This document shows, piece after piece, positions 47,843 to 57,362 of a stretch of DNA of 64,000 nucleotides. Under the pieces are notes generated by a model. The model had not been told where the DNA came from. It saw nothing but the letters and a program-made list of their open reading frames with translations, and searched no databases. The translations under genes were made by a program, and so were the position numbers. This DNA is from Chloroflexota bacterium. GTDB lineage: Bacteria; Chloroflexota; UBA11872; UBA12225; JAJDUF01. Position 1 is the first letter of the stretch. Each line of letters starts with the position of its first letter. The stretch lies in the NCBI GenBank assembly GCA_965214295.1, contig OZ243944.1, forward strand, positions 4,158,426 to 4,222,425. Direction: 5' to 3'.

Positions 47843-49273
47843 GTGCGTGAGCGACGTGTTGTCATCGTCGTGTGGGATGGCCTGCGGCCCGATCTGGCTG
47901 TCCCGGAGGTGACCCCTACTCTCACTGCAATGGCCGAGTGCGGCACCTGGGTACGCAACAGCTACTGTGCCTATCCCAGTGAGACGCGAGTCAACGCAAC
48001 ATCTTTGGCAACCGGCTGCCAGCCGGGGCGGCACGGCATCGTCGGGAACAAACTGTACGTACCTGAAGTTGATCCGCATGGCGCCGTCGTGACCGGCGAC
48101 GCCGCGACGCTCACGGCCATTGCCGAGCGTGATCCGCCGCTCGTCGCTGTGCCCTGTCTGGGCGACTACCTCGCCGAGGCCGGCAAATCCGTTATTGTCG
48201 TGAGCAGTGGTTCTCCCGGTTCAGCTTGGTTGAGCAATCCCCGTCCCCAGGACCACCTCTACAACCAAGCGCTGGTGCGACCGGCGGCGGCCCAGGCTGC
48301 CGTGGCGCAGCGCTGGAAAGTGCCACCGGACCGGCTTGAATGGCAAGCGCGCGTCTGCACCGAGCACGTCTGGCCAGCCTTGCAACCCGATGTGACGGTC
48401 TGCTGGCTGACCGACCCGGATCATACACAGCATCGCTTCGGTTTGGGCGCTCCACAATCGCGCAATGCTCTCCGGGGCTGCGATGCCATCCTCAGCCGAC
48501 TGCTGGTGTCGCTGGACCGGCTCGGCTGGCAGGACAACACCAATGTCATCGTCACATCCGACCACGGCTTCACCACACGCCGGCCGCAGTACGAGATAGA
48601 CCCCATAGCGGCGCTCGCATCCGATGATGTGATCGTCAGCGGCGGGGCCATCTATCTGACGAGCGAGTCCGCTGACCGAGCAGCAGCTATCGTCCAGACC
48701 TTGCAAGACCACCCTGCGGTCGGCGCCATCTTTGCTGCCGATGATGGCCCGGCAGCCCGGCGGCCCGGCACGCTGCCCCTTTCGGTGGCCTGGGGAGGCC
48801 GCCTGCACCGTCGTCGTCCTGACATACAGTGCTCACCGGTATGGTGGGACGACACGAATGAGCATGGTGTGCCCGGCTACGCTGCCGGGCCGGCCGGAGC
48901 CGGGCACGGCTCGACCTCTCCCCGCGACTTGCGTAATGCCCTCATCCTGGCCGGCCCAGACGTGCGTAGCGGGACGACGAGCGATATTCCGGCCGGGCTG
49001 ATTGACGTTGCGCCAACGGTCCTCGCCATGCTGGGCCTGCCAGTGCCGGCTACGATGGATGGTCGGGTCTTGACCGAGGCGCTGCGACCCGGAGTAGTCG
49101 GAGGGGCGGCCACGCCACCACCGGCGCCGCAGTCCGAGACCGCCAGCGCGTCAGTCTCGATGACCACCGGTGGCAGCTATCGGCAGTGGGTTCGTCGCGT
49201 GCGCGTTGGCCCGACCTGGTACCTCGCAGCCGCCGGCGCCGAGCGCGACCGAGCGCCGGCTAGACGTAGCTGA
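47843..49273 (+). CDS. Alkaline-phosphatase-superfamily enzyme (type I phosphodiesterase / nucleotide pyrophosphatase-like).
   Basis: VVIVVWDGLRPDL N-terminal metal-site motif, catalytic nucleophile context (ETRVNATSLATG), and the VTSDHGF metal motif. GTG start with AGGAG upstream. Confidence 0.75.
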   Translation: MRERRVVIVVWDGLRPDLAVPEVTPTLTAMAECGTWVRNSYCAYPSETRVNATSLATGCQPGRHGIVGNKLYVPEVDPHGAVVTGDAATLTAIAERDPPLVAVPCLGDYLAEAGKSVIVVSSGSPGSAWLSNPRPQDHLYNQALVRPAAAQAAVAQRWKVPPDRLEWQARVCTEHVWPALQPDVTVCWLTDPDHTQHRFGLGAPQSRNALRGCDAILSRLLVSLDRLGWQDNTNVIVTSDHGFTTRRPQYEIDPIAALASDDVIVSGGAIYLTSESADRAAAIVQTLQDHPAVGAIFAADDGPAARRPGTLPLSVAWGGRLHRRRPDIQCSPVWWDDTNEHGVPGYAAGPAGAGHGSTSPRDLRNALILAGPDVRSGTTSDIPAGLIDVAPTVLAMLGLPVPATMDGRVLTEALRPGVVGGAATPPPAPQSETASASVSMTTGGSYRQWVRRVRVGPTWYLAAAGAERDRAPARRS

Positions 49274-49376
49274 CCGCTGAAGGCTACACCGCTCGCCTCG
49301 ACGTAATCCCTCCGGCTGGCCCCGACGTGGTATGGTGAATCTACCGGTACGTTGCCTCGCCTCGGAGGACTGCACC

Positions 49377-49985
49377 ATGGTTGCAACCCATGCCGCACCG
49401 CCAGCGCCCGCAGCACAGGCTCCGCTCACCCCGGACGACCTGCTCGCACTCGAAGCCGAGCACGACGCCCGCTACGAGCTGGTCAACGGCGAATTGAAGG
49501 ACCGGGACATGACTAGCCCAGAACATGGAGTCATCGCGCTTAACTTCGGGAGTGAGCTCCGCGCTTTTGTACGTAACAGGAACCTGGGCGTAGTAATGAC
49601 GGGGGCGCGCTTTCTACTCAGAGATGAGCCGTCACTACTGCGAATTCCCGATGCTGCCTTTATATCGAGAGCAAATCTACCCACCGGTAGGCTGAGAGGT
49701 GGCCACTTTCGCGGTGCCCCCGATCTGGCCGTCGAGGTCGTGTCGCCCACCGACAAGGCCGGCGAGTTGGCGGTGAAGATCGCCGACTACCTCATGGCCG
49801 GCACGCAGCAAGTGTGGATTGTGGAGCCGACTACGCGCACCGTGACCGTCTACCGACCGGGCGGCGCGGCCCGCGTCTACGGTGCCGACGATACGCTCGA
49901 CGGCGGCGACCTCCTGCCCGGCCTCGCGCTCCCCGTCGGGGACCTGTTCGACTATGGCGTAGTGGCTGCGTCCCGGGCAGAGTAG
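49377..49985 (+). CDS. Uma2-family (DUF820) endonuclease-like protein, tandem copy 1.
   Basis: YELVNGEL, PDAAFI..., PDLAVEVVSPTDK, KIADYLMAGTQQVWIVEP are the canonical Uma2 PD-(D/E)xK blocks. RBS GGAGGA 8 nt upstream of the ATG. Confidence 0.75.
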   Translation: MVATHAAPPAPAAQAPLTPDDLLALEAEHDARYELVNGELKDRDMTSPEHGVIALNFGSELRAFVRNRNLGVVMTGARFLLRDEPSLLRIPDAAFISRANLPTGRLRGGHFRGAPDLAVEVVSPTDKAGELAVKIADYLMAGTQQVWIVEPTTRTVTVYRPGGAARVYGADDTLDGGDLLPGLALPVGDLFDYGVVAASRAE

Positions 49986-50014
49986 TAGCGAATCCGCAGC
50001 AGGAGGACTGCACC

Positions 50015-50641
50015 ATGGCTGTGACTCTCGCCGCGCCGCCACTGCCCGCAGCACAGGCTCCGCTCACCCCGGACGACCTGCTCGCACTCGAAGCCGAGCA
50101 CGACGCCCGCTACGAGCTGGTCAACGGCAAATTGCAGGATCGGAGTGAGCTGCAGGAGGAAGGAATGCCGAATGCAGAGCATGGAGCGACAAGCGCCCGA
50201 ATCGTCAGTGAGTTGGATACACACGTGCGCGCCGGCAGGTTGGGCATAGTGCTGGTCGAGTGCGGCTTTGTCCTATCGGACGACCCGCCTACAGTGCGTA
50301 TTCCCGACGTCTCACTCATGGCTACGGAACATGTACCTGCGGACGGTCTTCCCAGAGGCTACTTCCCAGGGGCCCCCGATCTGGCCGTCGAGGTCGTGTC
50401 ACCCACCGACAAGGCCGGTGCGCTGATGCTCAAGATCGCCGACTACCTCACGGCCGGCACGCAGCAGATATGGATTGTGGAGCCGACTACGCGCACCGTG
50501 ACCGTCTACCGACCGGGCGGCGCGGCCCGCGTCTACGGTGCCGACGATATGCTCGACGGCGGCGACCTCCTGCCCGGCCTCGCCCTCCCCGTCGGCGCGC
50601 TCTTCGAGTATGGCGTGACGGCTACGTCCCGGGCAGAATAG
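50015..50641 (+). CDS. Uma2-family (DUF820) endonuclease-like protein, tandem copy 2.
   Basis: It has the same blocks (YELVNGKL, PDLAVEVVSPTDK, KIADYLTAGTQQIWIVEP). The 5' 90 nt and 3' 210 nt are near-identical to copy 1, and the middle is divergent. Confidence 0.75.
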   Translation: MAVTLAAPPLPAAQAPLTPDDLLALEAEHDARYELVNGKLQDRSELQEEGMPNAEHGATSARIVSELDTHVRAGRLGIVLVECGFVLSDDPPTVRIPDVSLMATEHVPADGLPRGYFPGAPDLAVEVVSPTDKAGALMLKIADYLTAGTQQIWIVEPTTRTVTVYRPGGAARVYGADDMLDGGDLLPGLALPVGALFEYGVTATSRAE

Positions 50642-50733
50642 CGCCTATTCACCACCGGCGGCCATCGACGGAGCGGGGTGCCTGGCGGTATCGCTGCGTC
50701 GGAGTGAACGGACCGTGGGGAGAACGACCACCG

Positions 50734-51876
50734 ATGCTCGACCGCGCTATCACGTACAACTTCGAGTACGACCGCAAGGTGCGGGCCGGCTTCATCGGGT
50801 GCGGTGGCCACACCTACCGCAACATCTTCCCCACGTTCCAGTACGCGCCGATTGACCTCATTGCCGTCTGCGATTTGCAGCCGGAGCGCGCCGCCGCTTT
50901 CGCACGGCAATTCGGCGCCCGCCGAGCCTACACGAACCACCGGGAGATGCTGGCCCGCGAGCAGCTCGACGCCGTATTCGTCGTCACCGGCTACGACGAG
51001 TACCATCGGCCACGCTACCCCCAACTAGCAATGGAAGCGCTGCGCGCGGGTACCCACGTGTGGATCGAGAAGCCGCCGGCCGCAACGCTCGCAGAGGTCG
51101 AGGCGATGCAGACCGTCAGCCGGGCTACCGGCCGGTTTGTGTCGGTCGGTTACAAGAAGATGTTCTTCCCGGCTATCGCCAAGGCCCGCGAGATCAGCCA
51201 ACGACGCGAGTTCGGGCAACCCACGTCGCTGGCCCTCCGGTATCCCCAGGAGCTACCACCAGCGGAGTCCCGCTCGGATGACCGCGCCATGCAGGGCTTT
51301 CTCGATCACTTCTTTCATCCGGCCTCGATTGTGCATACGATCATGGGGCCGGTGACGACCGTCAGCTATCAGTGGGAACCCCGTACCGGCGGCAGCGTAA
51401 GCACGATGACCTTCGCCAGCGGCGCGGTGGCGGCGATGCACCTCGCCGGCAGCCACTCGTGGGCGGGGCCACTGGAGCGATTGGAGATCGTCGGTGAGGG
51501 CGCGTTTGTCGTCGTAGAGAACGGCGTCAACCTACGGTACTACCGGCCCGGCGCCCGGCGCGGCCAGGGTGGGTACGGGCGAGCGGCGAGCTACATCGGG
51601 GCGGACGAGCAGACGCCGGTGGTCTGGGAGCCGGAGTTCTCGCTCGGCCAGCTCTACAACAAAAACCTCTTTCTGCTGGGCTACGTACCGGAAGTGCTTT
51701 ACTTCTGCGAGTGCGTGCTGGACAACCACCCACCCCAGATCGCAAATCTTGACGACACGCTGGCGATGATGCGCTGGTACGAGTGTTATCGGCAGCCGGC
51801 CGGACGCTGCATCGCTATCCCAGAGCACCGGGTCGGGGGGATGAGGCCGCCTGGATTCCCGCTTGCACGGGAATGA
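50734..51876 (+). CDS. Gfo/Idh/MocA-family NAD(P)-dependent oxidoreductase.
   Basis: Rossmann N-terminus (RAGFIGCGGHTYRNIFP), EKPPAATLAE, and overall family layout. The last 9 codons and the stop ([11 protein letters not shown]) lie inside a hairpin-A repeat copy. Confidence 0.75.
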   Translation: MLDRAITYNFEYDRKVRAGFIGCGGHTYRNIFPTFQYAPIDLIAVCDLQPERAAAFARQFGARRAYTNHREMLAREQLDAVFVVTGYDEYHRPRYPQLAMEALRAGTHVWIEKPPAATLAEVEAMQTVSRATGRFVSVGYKKMFFPAIAKAREISQRREFGQPTSLALRYPQELPPAESRSDDRAMQGFLDHFFHPASIVHTIMGPVTTVSYQWEPRTGGSVSTMTFASGAVAAMHLAGSHSWAGPLERLEIVGEGAFVVVENGVNLRYYRPGARRGQGGYGRAASYIGADEQTPVVWEPEFSLGQLYNKNLFLLGYVPEVLYFCECVLDNHPPQIANLDDTLAMMRWYECYRQPAGRCIAIPEHRVGGMRPPGFPLARE

Positions 51877-51982
51877 CAGGCGGACGGGCACGATTGATTG
51901 CGCCCAAGGCGCAGCATGCTGCGCTCCTACACCCCCTCTCTATCGCTCGGCGATGGAGAGGGGGGCCGGGGGTGAGGACCCA

Positions 51983-53218
51983 CTATCGCTGGCGGTCGAG
52001 GGTCCTGGCCTGGTCCTTTGGGGCATTGAGGCGGCGACCGGTCTGCCGGCCGTCCCGACCGGCTTGCTTGGCCAGCGGACCGTTGTGCCCGTTGCGCGAC
52101 CAGCTCCCGTCCAAGAAGACGGCGTCAACCTTGCGGGCGATCCGGCGGGCAGCGGACCGACCCCGCGCCCAGGTATACCACATGCCGTGCCAGAGCAAGC
52201 GCCAGCCGCGGCGGCGAACCGGTGCCGGAACACCCCACTGCACGACCGCTGCCCCCCACGCCAAGCCACCGCCGAACCCGACAAGGACGAGGCGATCATC
52301 GGTCTTGACCAGCCCCGCGTCAACCGCCTCGCACAGTGCAATGGGAATGGAGGCGGCGCTCGTATTGCCGTAGTTTTCGACGTTGACGAACACGCGCTCG
52401 GCCGGCAAACCAAGCGCGCTCGCCGCCGACTCGATGATCCGGAGATTGGCCTGATGCGGGATGAAGAGGTCTACGTCGCTGGCCGACAGGCCCGCCCGCT
52501 CCAGGGCTTCCTGCGCCACTTTGCCCATCATCTTGACGGCGAACTTGTAGACCTCGCGCCCGTTCATGCGGATGTAGTGCTGGCGATCCACGATGGTCTG
52601 CGGTGATGTAGGCAGACGGCTCCCACCGGCGGGAATGGTGAGTAGCTCGGCGCCGGAGCCGTCCGAGCCAAGCACGCTACTCAAGATGCCGGTGCGCTCC
52701 TCGGTAGCCTGCAAGACCATTGCGCCCGCGCCGTCACCGAAGAGGATGCAGGTACTGCGGTCCGACCAATCGAGCAACCGGGACAGCGTTTCCGATCCGA
52801 TCAGCAGCACGGTGTCGCATTGGCCGGAAACGATCATGCTCTGCGCGACCGCCAGCCCATACATGAACCCGGCGCAGGCCGCGTTGATGTCGAACGCACC
52901 GGCGCGCTCGGCCCCAATGGCGTCCTGTACGAGGCTGGCGACACTCGGCATACCGCCGAATTCCGGGCTGAACGTGCAGACGATCACGAGGTCAATGTGC
53001 GCGGGGTGAATGTCGGCAGTCTCGATTGCTGCCTGCGCCGCCTGCTCGGCCAGCGATGCGGTCGTCTCGCGGGGGCCGGCAATGCGCCGGGCGCCAATGC
53101 CGGTGCGAGTGCGAATCCACTCGTCGGAGGTGGAGACGATCTGACTCAGCTCGCCATTGGTCATCACGCGACTGGGTAGCGCCTTCCCCCAGCCGACGAT
53201 CTGTGCGTAACGAGGCAT
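51983..53218 (-). CDS. fabH: 3-oxoacyl-ACP synthase III (FabH) with an unusual Arg-rich C-terminal extension of about 80 aa.
   Basis: Catalytic Cys context (AFDINAACAGFMYGL), His/Asn (FIPHQANLRII, ENYGNTSAAS), and GFGGGLAWGAAVV where FabH normally ends. The ORF stays open 80 more codons across hairpin-A/B repeat sequence. Confidence 0.8.
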   Translation of the reverse strand: MPRYAQIVGWGKALPSRVMTNGELSQIVSTSDEWIRTRTGIGARRIAGPRETTASLAEQAAQAAIETADIHPAHIDLVIVCTFSPEFGGMPSVASLVQDAIGAERAGAFDINAACAGFMYGLAVAQSMIVSGQCDTVLLIGSETLSRLLDWSDRSTCILFGDGAGAMVLQATEERTGILSSVLGSDGSGAELLTIPAGGSRLPTSPQTIVDRQHYIRMNGREVYKFAVKMMGKVAQEALERAGLSASDVDLFIPHQANLRIIESAASALGLPAERVFVNVENYGNTSAASIPIALCEAVDAGLVKTDDRLVLVGFGGGLAWGAAVVQWGVPAPVRRRGWRLLWHGMWYTWARGRSAARRIARKVDAVFLDGSWSRNGHNGPLAKQAGRDGRQTGRRLNAPKDQARTLDRQR

Positions 53219-53454
53219 CCCTGTCGTACTCCGCCTCTCTCTGGCGCTACCAAGATTATACGCTGCAGTCGCTTGGTGGGACCAGACACCGGCGCTGCGT
53301 CAGCACCCCTGGCGCGTCACTCATGCGTCAGCAACGCAGGCACCGTATACCGTAGCACACACGGAGCGAGACGACCCCCTACCGGATGACCCGCCATGCG
53401 CGGTAGAATCTTTCAAGAGTACAAGCGGTGAAGTAGCCATCGCTGACGCCGGGC

Positions 53455-54713
53455 ATGCAGCGGACGGAGAGAATAGAACCCATGAGTCGGGTACGCTCCA
53501 TCGGTCAATCAGTCGCCAAAGCCATGCGGAAAACGAGGCCGTCGCGTGCGCCTCGGGCGCATCCGGCCACCCCGCGAGCAAAGCGCCCGTGGCCGCAGGC
53601 GTCCGGGTTGCCCCTTCTTGGCAATGCCATCAGCATGACCGGAGATGTGCGTTCCTATCTCACAGAACAATACCTCCAGCTAGGACCCGTGTTCCAGGTA
53701 CGGGCATTCCAGCACACCTTCACCGTCCTGGCTGGCCCAGAGGCCAATCTGTTCTTGCTGCGTGAGGGCAAACCGCATCTGCGCTCCCTGGAATCGTGGA
53801 ATGAGTTCAGCTCGGAACTGGGTGCCGCGTGCTCGATAGTCAACATGGACGGTCAAGAGCATTTCCGTCTCCGCAGAGCGCGAATACCTGGACGACCTCA
53901 TCGTCCTGATCGAGACATTGCTGCTCACTACCTTCACTCGCCAACGGCCCGGCCTGCTACTCCACGCGCCGCGTGTTCGGCGTGCCCGCCAGCGGATTGT
54001 GGCACTGTACGAGCAAGTCATGGCAGCGCATGAGGCCGGAAGTCACGAGGGGCGCGAGCCGAACCTGATAGACGACATACTCGAGCTCCATCACGATGAT
54101 CGCGGTGCTGAGGCCGTACATTGCCGGTCTCGATACTTCAGCAAGCACCAGTGCATTCATGCCCTACGCCTTGCTCAAACAGCCCGACTTACTGCCACCG
54201 GTACCGGCGGAGGCAGACCTGCTCTTTGCCGACGGGACGCCAACGGCGCCGGGCTTGCGTAAGCTGGACTTCACCCATCGTGTAGTGCTGGAAACACTAC
54301 GGATGTATCCGATTGCTCCGGCAATGATTCGCACGGTAGCCAACTCGTTCGAGTTTGCCGGCTATACGATCCCGGCGGGCACACAGGTCATTATGGCCAC
54401 GACGGTTCCACGCTATCTACCGGTGTATTTCCCCTATCCGGAGCGTTTCGACATTGACCGTTACCTGCCGGATCGCGCCGAGCATCGGCAGCCGGGGGCG
54501 TTTGCCTCCTTTGGCTTGGGGCCGCACCGGGGCCTAGGCAGCGGCTTTGCCGAAGTGCAAATCGCCGTGACACTGGCGACCATCGTCCATCACGCCGAGC
54601 TTGTACTCGATCCTCCCGATTACGAATTGCAGATCAATCCGGCACCTACTCCCAGGCTGGACAAGTCGTTCAAGTTCAAGGTGGTCCGGCGGCGCCAACG
54701 CCAGCGGAAATAG
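53455..54713 (+). pseudogene. Cytochrome P450 pseudogene, split over three reading frames with the heme-ligand Cys replaced by Gly.
   Basis: Frame 1 (53455-about 53880): LPLLGNAISMTGDVRSYLTEQYLQLGPVFQVRAF... Frame 2 (about 53880-54120): ...ARQRIVALYEQVMAAHEAG...NLIDDILELHHDDRG. Frame 3 (54096-54713): I-helix YIAGLDTSAS, ETLR, PERF, then FGLGPHRGLGSGFA where the FxxGxHxCxG motif needs Cys. Confidence 0.55.
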
Positions 54714-54754
54714 GCTGGGGATCAAGACTAGCGGCATGTTCCCATCTGCGGACC

Positions 54755-54805
54755 TTGACACGGCCGATCAACTCTGCCATTATATGGATACGATACTGTA
54801 TCGTA
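54755..54805 (+). promoter_or_regulatory. Promoter (TTGACA-N18-ATTATA) followed by a perfect 8-1-8 palindrome TACGATAC-T-GTATCGTA (54789-54805). This is a candidate TetR operator ahead of the MFS gene.
   Basis: Read directly from the sequence. The palindrome lies between the -10 element and the RBS (TAGGAGGG, 54813-54820) of the MFS gene, whose cognate TetR gene is adjacent. Confidence 0.5.
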
Positions 54806-54828
54806 GTGATATTAGGAGGGCATAGCTG

Positions 54829-56493
54829 ATGAACGCAAGCGCGGCTGCAACCCAGTCAATCACCTACCGACGGCGGTGGTGGACCCTCGCCATTCTCTCG
54901 TTGAGCCTCCTCATTATCGGGCTGGACAACACCATCCTCAATGTCGCCATCCCCACGCTACAGCAAGAGTTCAACGCGACGGCTACCTCCCTTCAGTGGA
55001 TGGTCGACGCCTACATTCTCGTCTTCGCCGGTCTGCTGCTGCCGATGGGTTCGCTCGGCGACCGTTTCGGGCGCAAACGTGCGCTGCAGATCGGGCTGCT
55101 CGTATTTGGCCTGGCAAGCCTCTTTGCGGCGTATGCCGCATCAAGCGGACAGCTCATCGCCGCTCGGGCCCTGATGGGTATCGGTGGGGCGCTCATCATG
55201 CCGTCCACCCTGTCGATCCTCACGCACGTGTTCCCGAGGGAAGAGCGTGGAAAGGCCATCAGCATATGGGCGGGGGTCTCCGGACTGGGCATCGGTCTCG
55301 GTCCTCTGACCGGAGGGCTGCTCCTGGAGCATTTCTGGTGGGGGGTGGTGTTCCTCATCAACATTCCGATAGTCGGATTCGCCCTTGTGGCCGGACTCGT
55401 TCTCGTCCCCGAAAGTCGGGACCCGCATCCGCAGTCGCTGGATATTCCAGGCGCTCTCCTATCCATTGCAGCTATTGCGACCCTGGTGTACGCCATCATC
55501 GAGGTCCCGGTCCGTGGTTGGACCGACGGCCTGATCATAGCGGGCTTCATTGGTGGCGCAGTCCTTGTCGCGGCGTTCATCTATTGGGAGATCAGGACGG
55601 ATCATCCGATGCTCCACCTCGCGTTCTTCAAGAACCCGCGCTTCTCCGCCGGGGCGGGCGCGATTGCAATCGGGTTCTTCTCGCTCTTTGGAATGGTGTT
55701 CGGGCTTACGCAGTACCTCCAGTTCGTTCAAGGCTACACGCCGCTGGAGGCCGGCCTGAGGATGGTGCCGGTCGCCTTGGGCGTCGCATTCGGGGCGGGC
55801 ATCAGCCATCGGTTGGTCGGTAGGTTGGGCACCAACAAAGTCGTGGCGATGGGCCTCGTAGTTCTGTCTGGAGTACTTGTTACCATCACGCTCTGGCAAC
55901 CGGATACCGACTATTGGGTTATCGGCCTGACCTTCTTCGTGCTCGCGTTCGGCATAGGCAACCTGATGGCGCCGTCTACCGACGCGGTGATGGGCGCGGT
56001 CCCGGAGGCCAACGCTGGCATCGCCTCCGCGATGAACGACGTCACACGTCAGGTGGCGGGAGCTTTCGGCGTGGCCGTCATCGGCTCCGTCATCAACACC
56101 GCGTACAGTGGTAGGATGAATGAGGCGGTGGCCGGTTTGCCACCCGAAGCTGCTACGGCTGCGAGCGACTCAGTTGGCGCGGCGCTTAGAGTGGCGTCAA
56201 GGCTGCCTGCCGAGGTTGCTGGCGGATTGGCGGCTGCGGCAAAGGTAGCCTTTACCGACGCCTTCGGCATAGCGGTGCTCGTATCGGCGGGGACAGCCTT
56301 GGTGGGCGCCATGCTCATCGCCAGATACATGCCGGCGCGCCACCTTCCTGCCGGGGAGAGCGTGGAACCCGGTGGCGGCCCCACAGCTTCCGACCTCGCA
56401 AGGCCTGGCCAGGAACGGCGCGATGGCAAAGTCCAGGGGGACATCGAAACCAGAAAGCCTCAGGCCCGGCCGACCTCGCGACCCGGCGGCTGA
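54829..56493 (+). CDS. MFS transporter, DHA2 (EmrB/QacA-like, 14-TM) drug:H+ antiporter family.
   Basis: About 14 hydrophobic segments. Conserved motif A region GSLGDRFGRKRAL and LVFAGLLLPMG. The hydrophilic C-terminal tail overlaps the TetR gene start. Confidence 0.8.
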   Translation: MNASAAATQSITYRRRWWTLAILSLSLLIIGLDNTILNVAIPTLQQEFNATATSLQWMVDAYILVFAGLLLPMGSLGDRFGRKRALQIGLLVFGLASLFAAYAASSGQLIAARALMGIGGALIMPSTLSILTHVFPREERGKAISIWAGVSGLGIGLGPLTGGLLLEHFWWGVVFLINIPIVGFALVAGLVLVPESRDPHPQSLDIPGALLSIAAIATLVYAIIEVPVRGWTDGLIIAGFIGGAVLVAAFIYWEIRTDHPMLHLAFFKNPRFSAGAGAIAIGFFSLFGMVFGLTQYLQFVQGYTPLEAGLRMVPVALGVAFGAGISHRLVGRLGTNKVVAMGLVVLSGVLVTITLWQPDTDYWVIGLTFFVLAFGIGNLMAPSTDAVMGAVPEANAGIASAMNDVTRQVAGAFGVAVIGSVINTAYSGRMNEAVAGLPPEAATAASDSVGAALRVASRLPAEVAGGLAAAAKVAFTDAFGIAVLVSAGTALVGAMLIARYMPARHLPAGESVEPGGGPTASDLARPGQERRDGKVQGDIETRKPQARPTSRPGG

Positions 56494-57076
56494 TCGGGCC
56501 ATTCTCCAGGCCACTCTGCGAGTCCTGACGGACCAGGGTTACGCCGGAATGTCGGTCGAGCGGGTCGCGTCCGAGGCCGGAGTGGGAAAGACCACCATCT
56601 ACCGGCGATACGCTTCCAAGGAGGAGTTGGCTGCCGCCGCTGTAAACGCCTTGAGAGAGGATTGGGGTCCACCGCCGGACACCGGCAGCGCGCGCACCGA
56701 TATTGTCGAGATGCTCGTTCAGCACCAAGTTGCTCTGGAGCGAGGCCCCGGTTTCGCCATGATCGGCGCCCTACTGGTCGAGGAGCGGCGGAATCCTGCG
56801 CTGATCGAGTTTTTCCGTGATCGATTCACACGCCCTCGCCGAAACGAGGCGCTCATGGTCCTGCAGCGTGGTGTGGAACGCGGCGAGATACGCGCGGACG
56901 CCGACCTGGATATCGCAGTTCAGGCAATGGTCGGGGCGATGTTTATACGGCACATTTGGGGGGACCACGAGTCAAGAGAGCGGATCGAGCAGACCGTCGA
57001 ATTCATCTGGAGTGGTTTGGCAGCCAACCCACGCACGCTTACGCACAGCGCTCGGAATCATAAACCGGATGAGTGA
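56423..57076 (+). CDS. TetR-family transcriptional regulator.
   Basis: N-terminal HTH ILQATLRVLTDQGYAGMSVERVASEAGVGKTTIYRRYASKEEL. The internal ATG (MAKSRG...) is used and overlaps the MFS 3' end by about 70 nt in another frame. Confidence 0.8.
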   Translation: MAKSRGTSKPESLRPGRPRDPAADRAILQATLRVLTDQGYAGMSVERVASEAGVGKTTIYRRYASKEELAAAAVNALREDWGPPPDTGSARTDIVEMLVQHQVALERGPGFAMIGALLVEERRNPALIEFFRDRFTRPRRNEALMVLQRGVERGEIRADADLDIAVQAMVGAMFIRHIWGDHESRERIEQTVEFIWSGLAANPRTLTHSARNHKPDE

Positions 57077-57220
57077 CCGGGTTGAGCAGCAGTCACTACT
57101 CCGTCCCCCGGCAGCGGCTACATTACAGCGCCCGTAACAAGGACCGGCGAGTGACCACGGCTGAAGAGGCGTGGGGGATGCTGCGGAGGCCAGCGCGGCC
57201 CAGTGCTGGGACGGCAAAGG

Positions 57221-57296
57221 GGTGGGCGCGCAGGGACTCGAACCCCGGACCTCGCGGATGTGAACCGCGCGCTCTAACCAACTGAGCTACGCGCCC
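57221..57296 (-). tRNA. tRNA-Val: tRNA-Val (anticodon CAC).
   Basis: Minus-strand sequence GGGCGCGTAGCTCAGTTGGTTAGAGCGCGCGGTTCACATCCGCGAGGTCCGGGGTTCGAGTCCCTGCGCGCCCACC. It has a 7-bp acceptor stem, D-arm GCTC/GAGC, anticodon stem CGCGG/CCGCG with loop TTCACAT (CAC), and T-loop GGTTCGAGTCC. Confidence 0.85.
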
Positions 57297-57362
57297 CTCG
57301 ATACGCTCCATTATACGTCTTGCCGGAAACGGGGGACAAGGCGGACACACTCGCCTTGCGCC

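Noticed and set aside
53219-53300. Candidate fabH promoter. On the minus strand a perfect TATAAT at 53260-53255 has only a poor -35 (TGGTCC).
   Set aside because: A single hexamer match in 64 kb is weak evidence, so it is kept as a note only.
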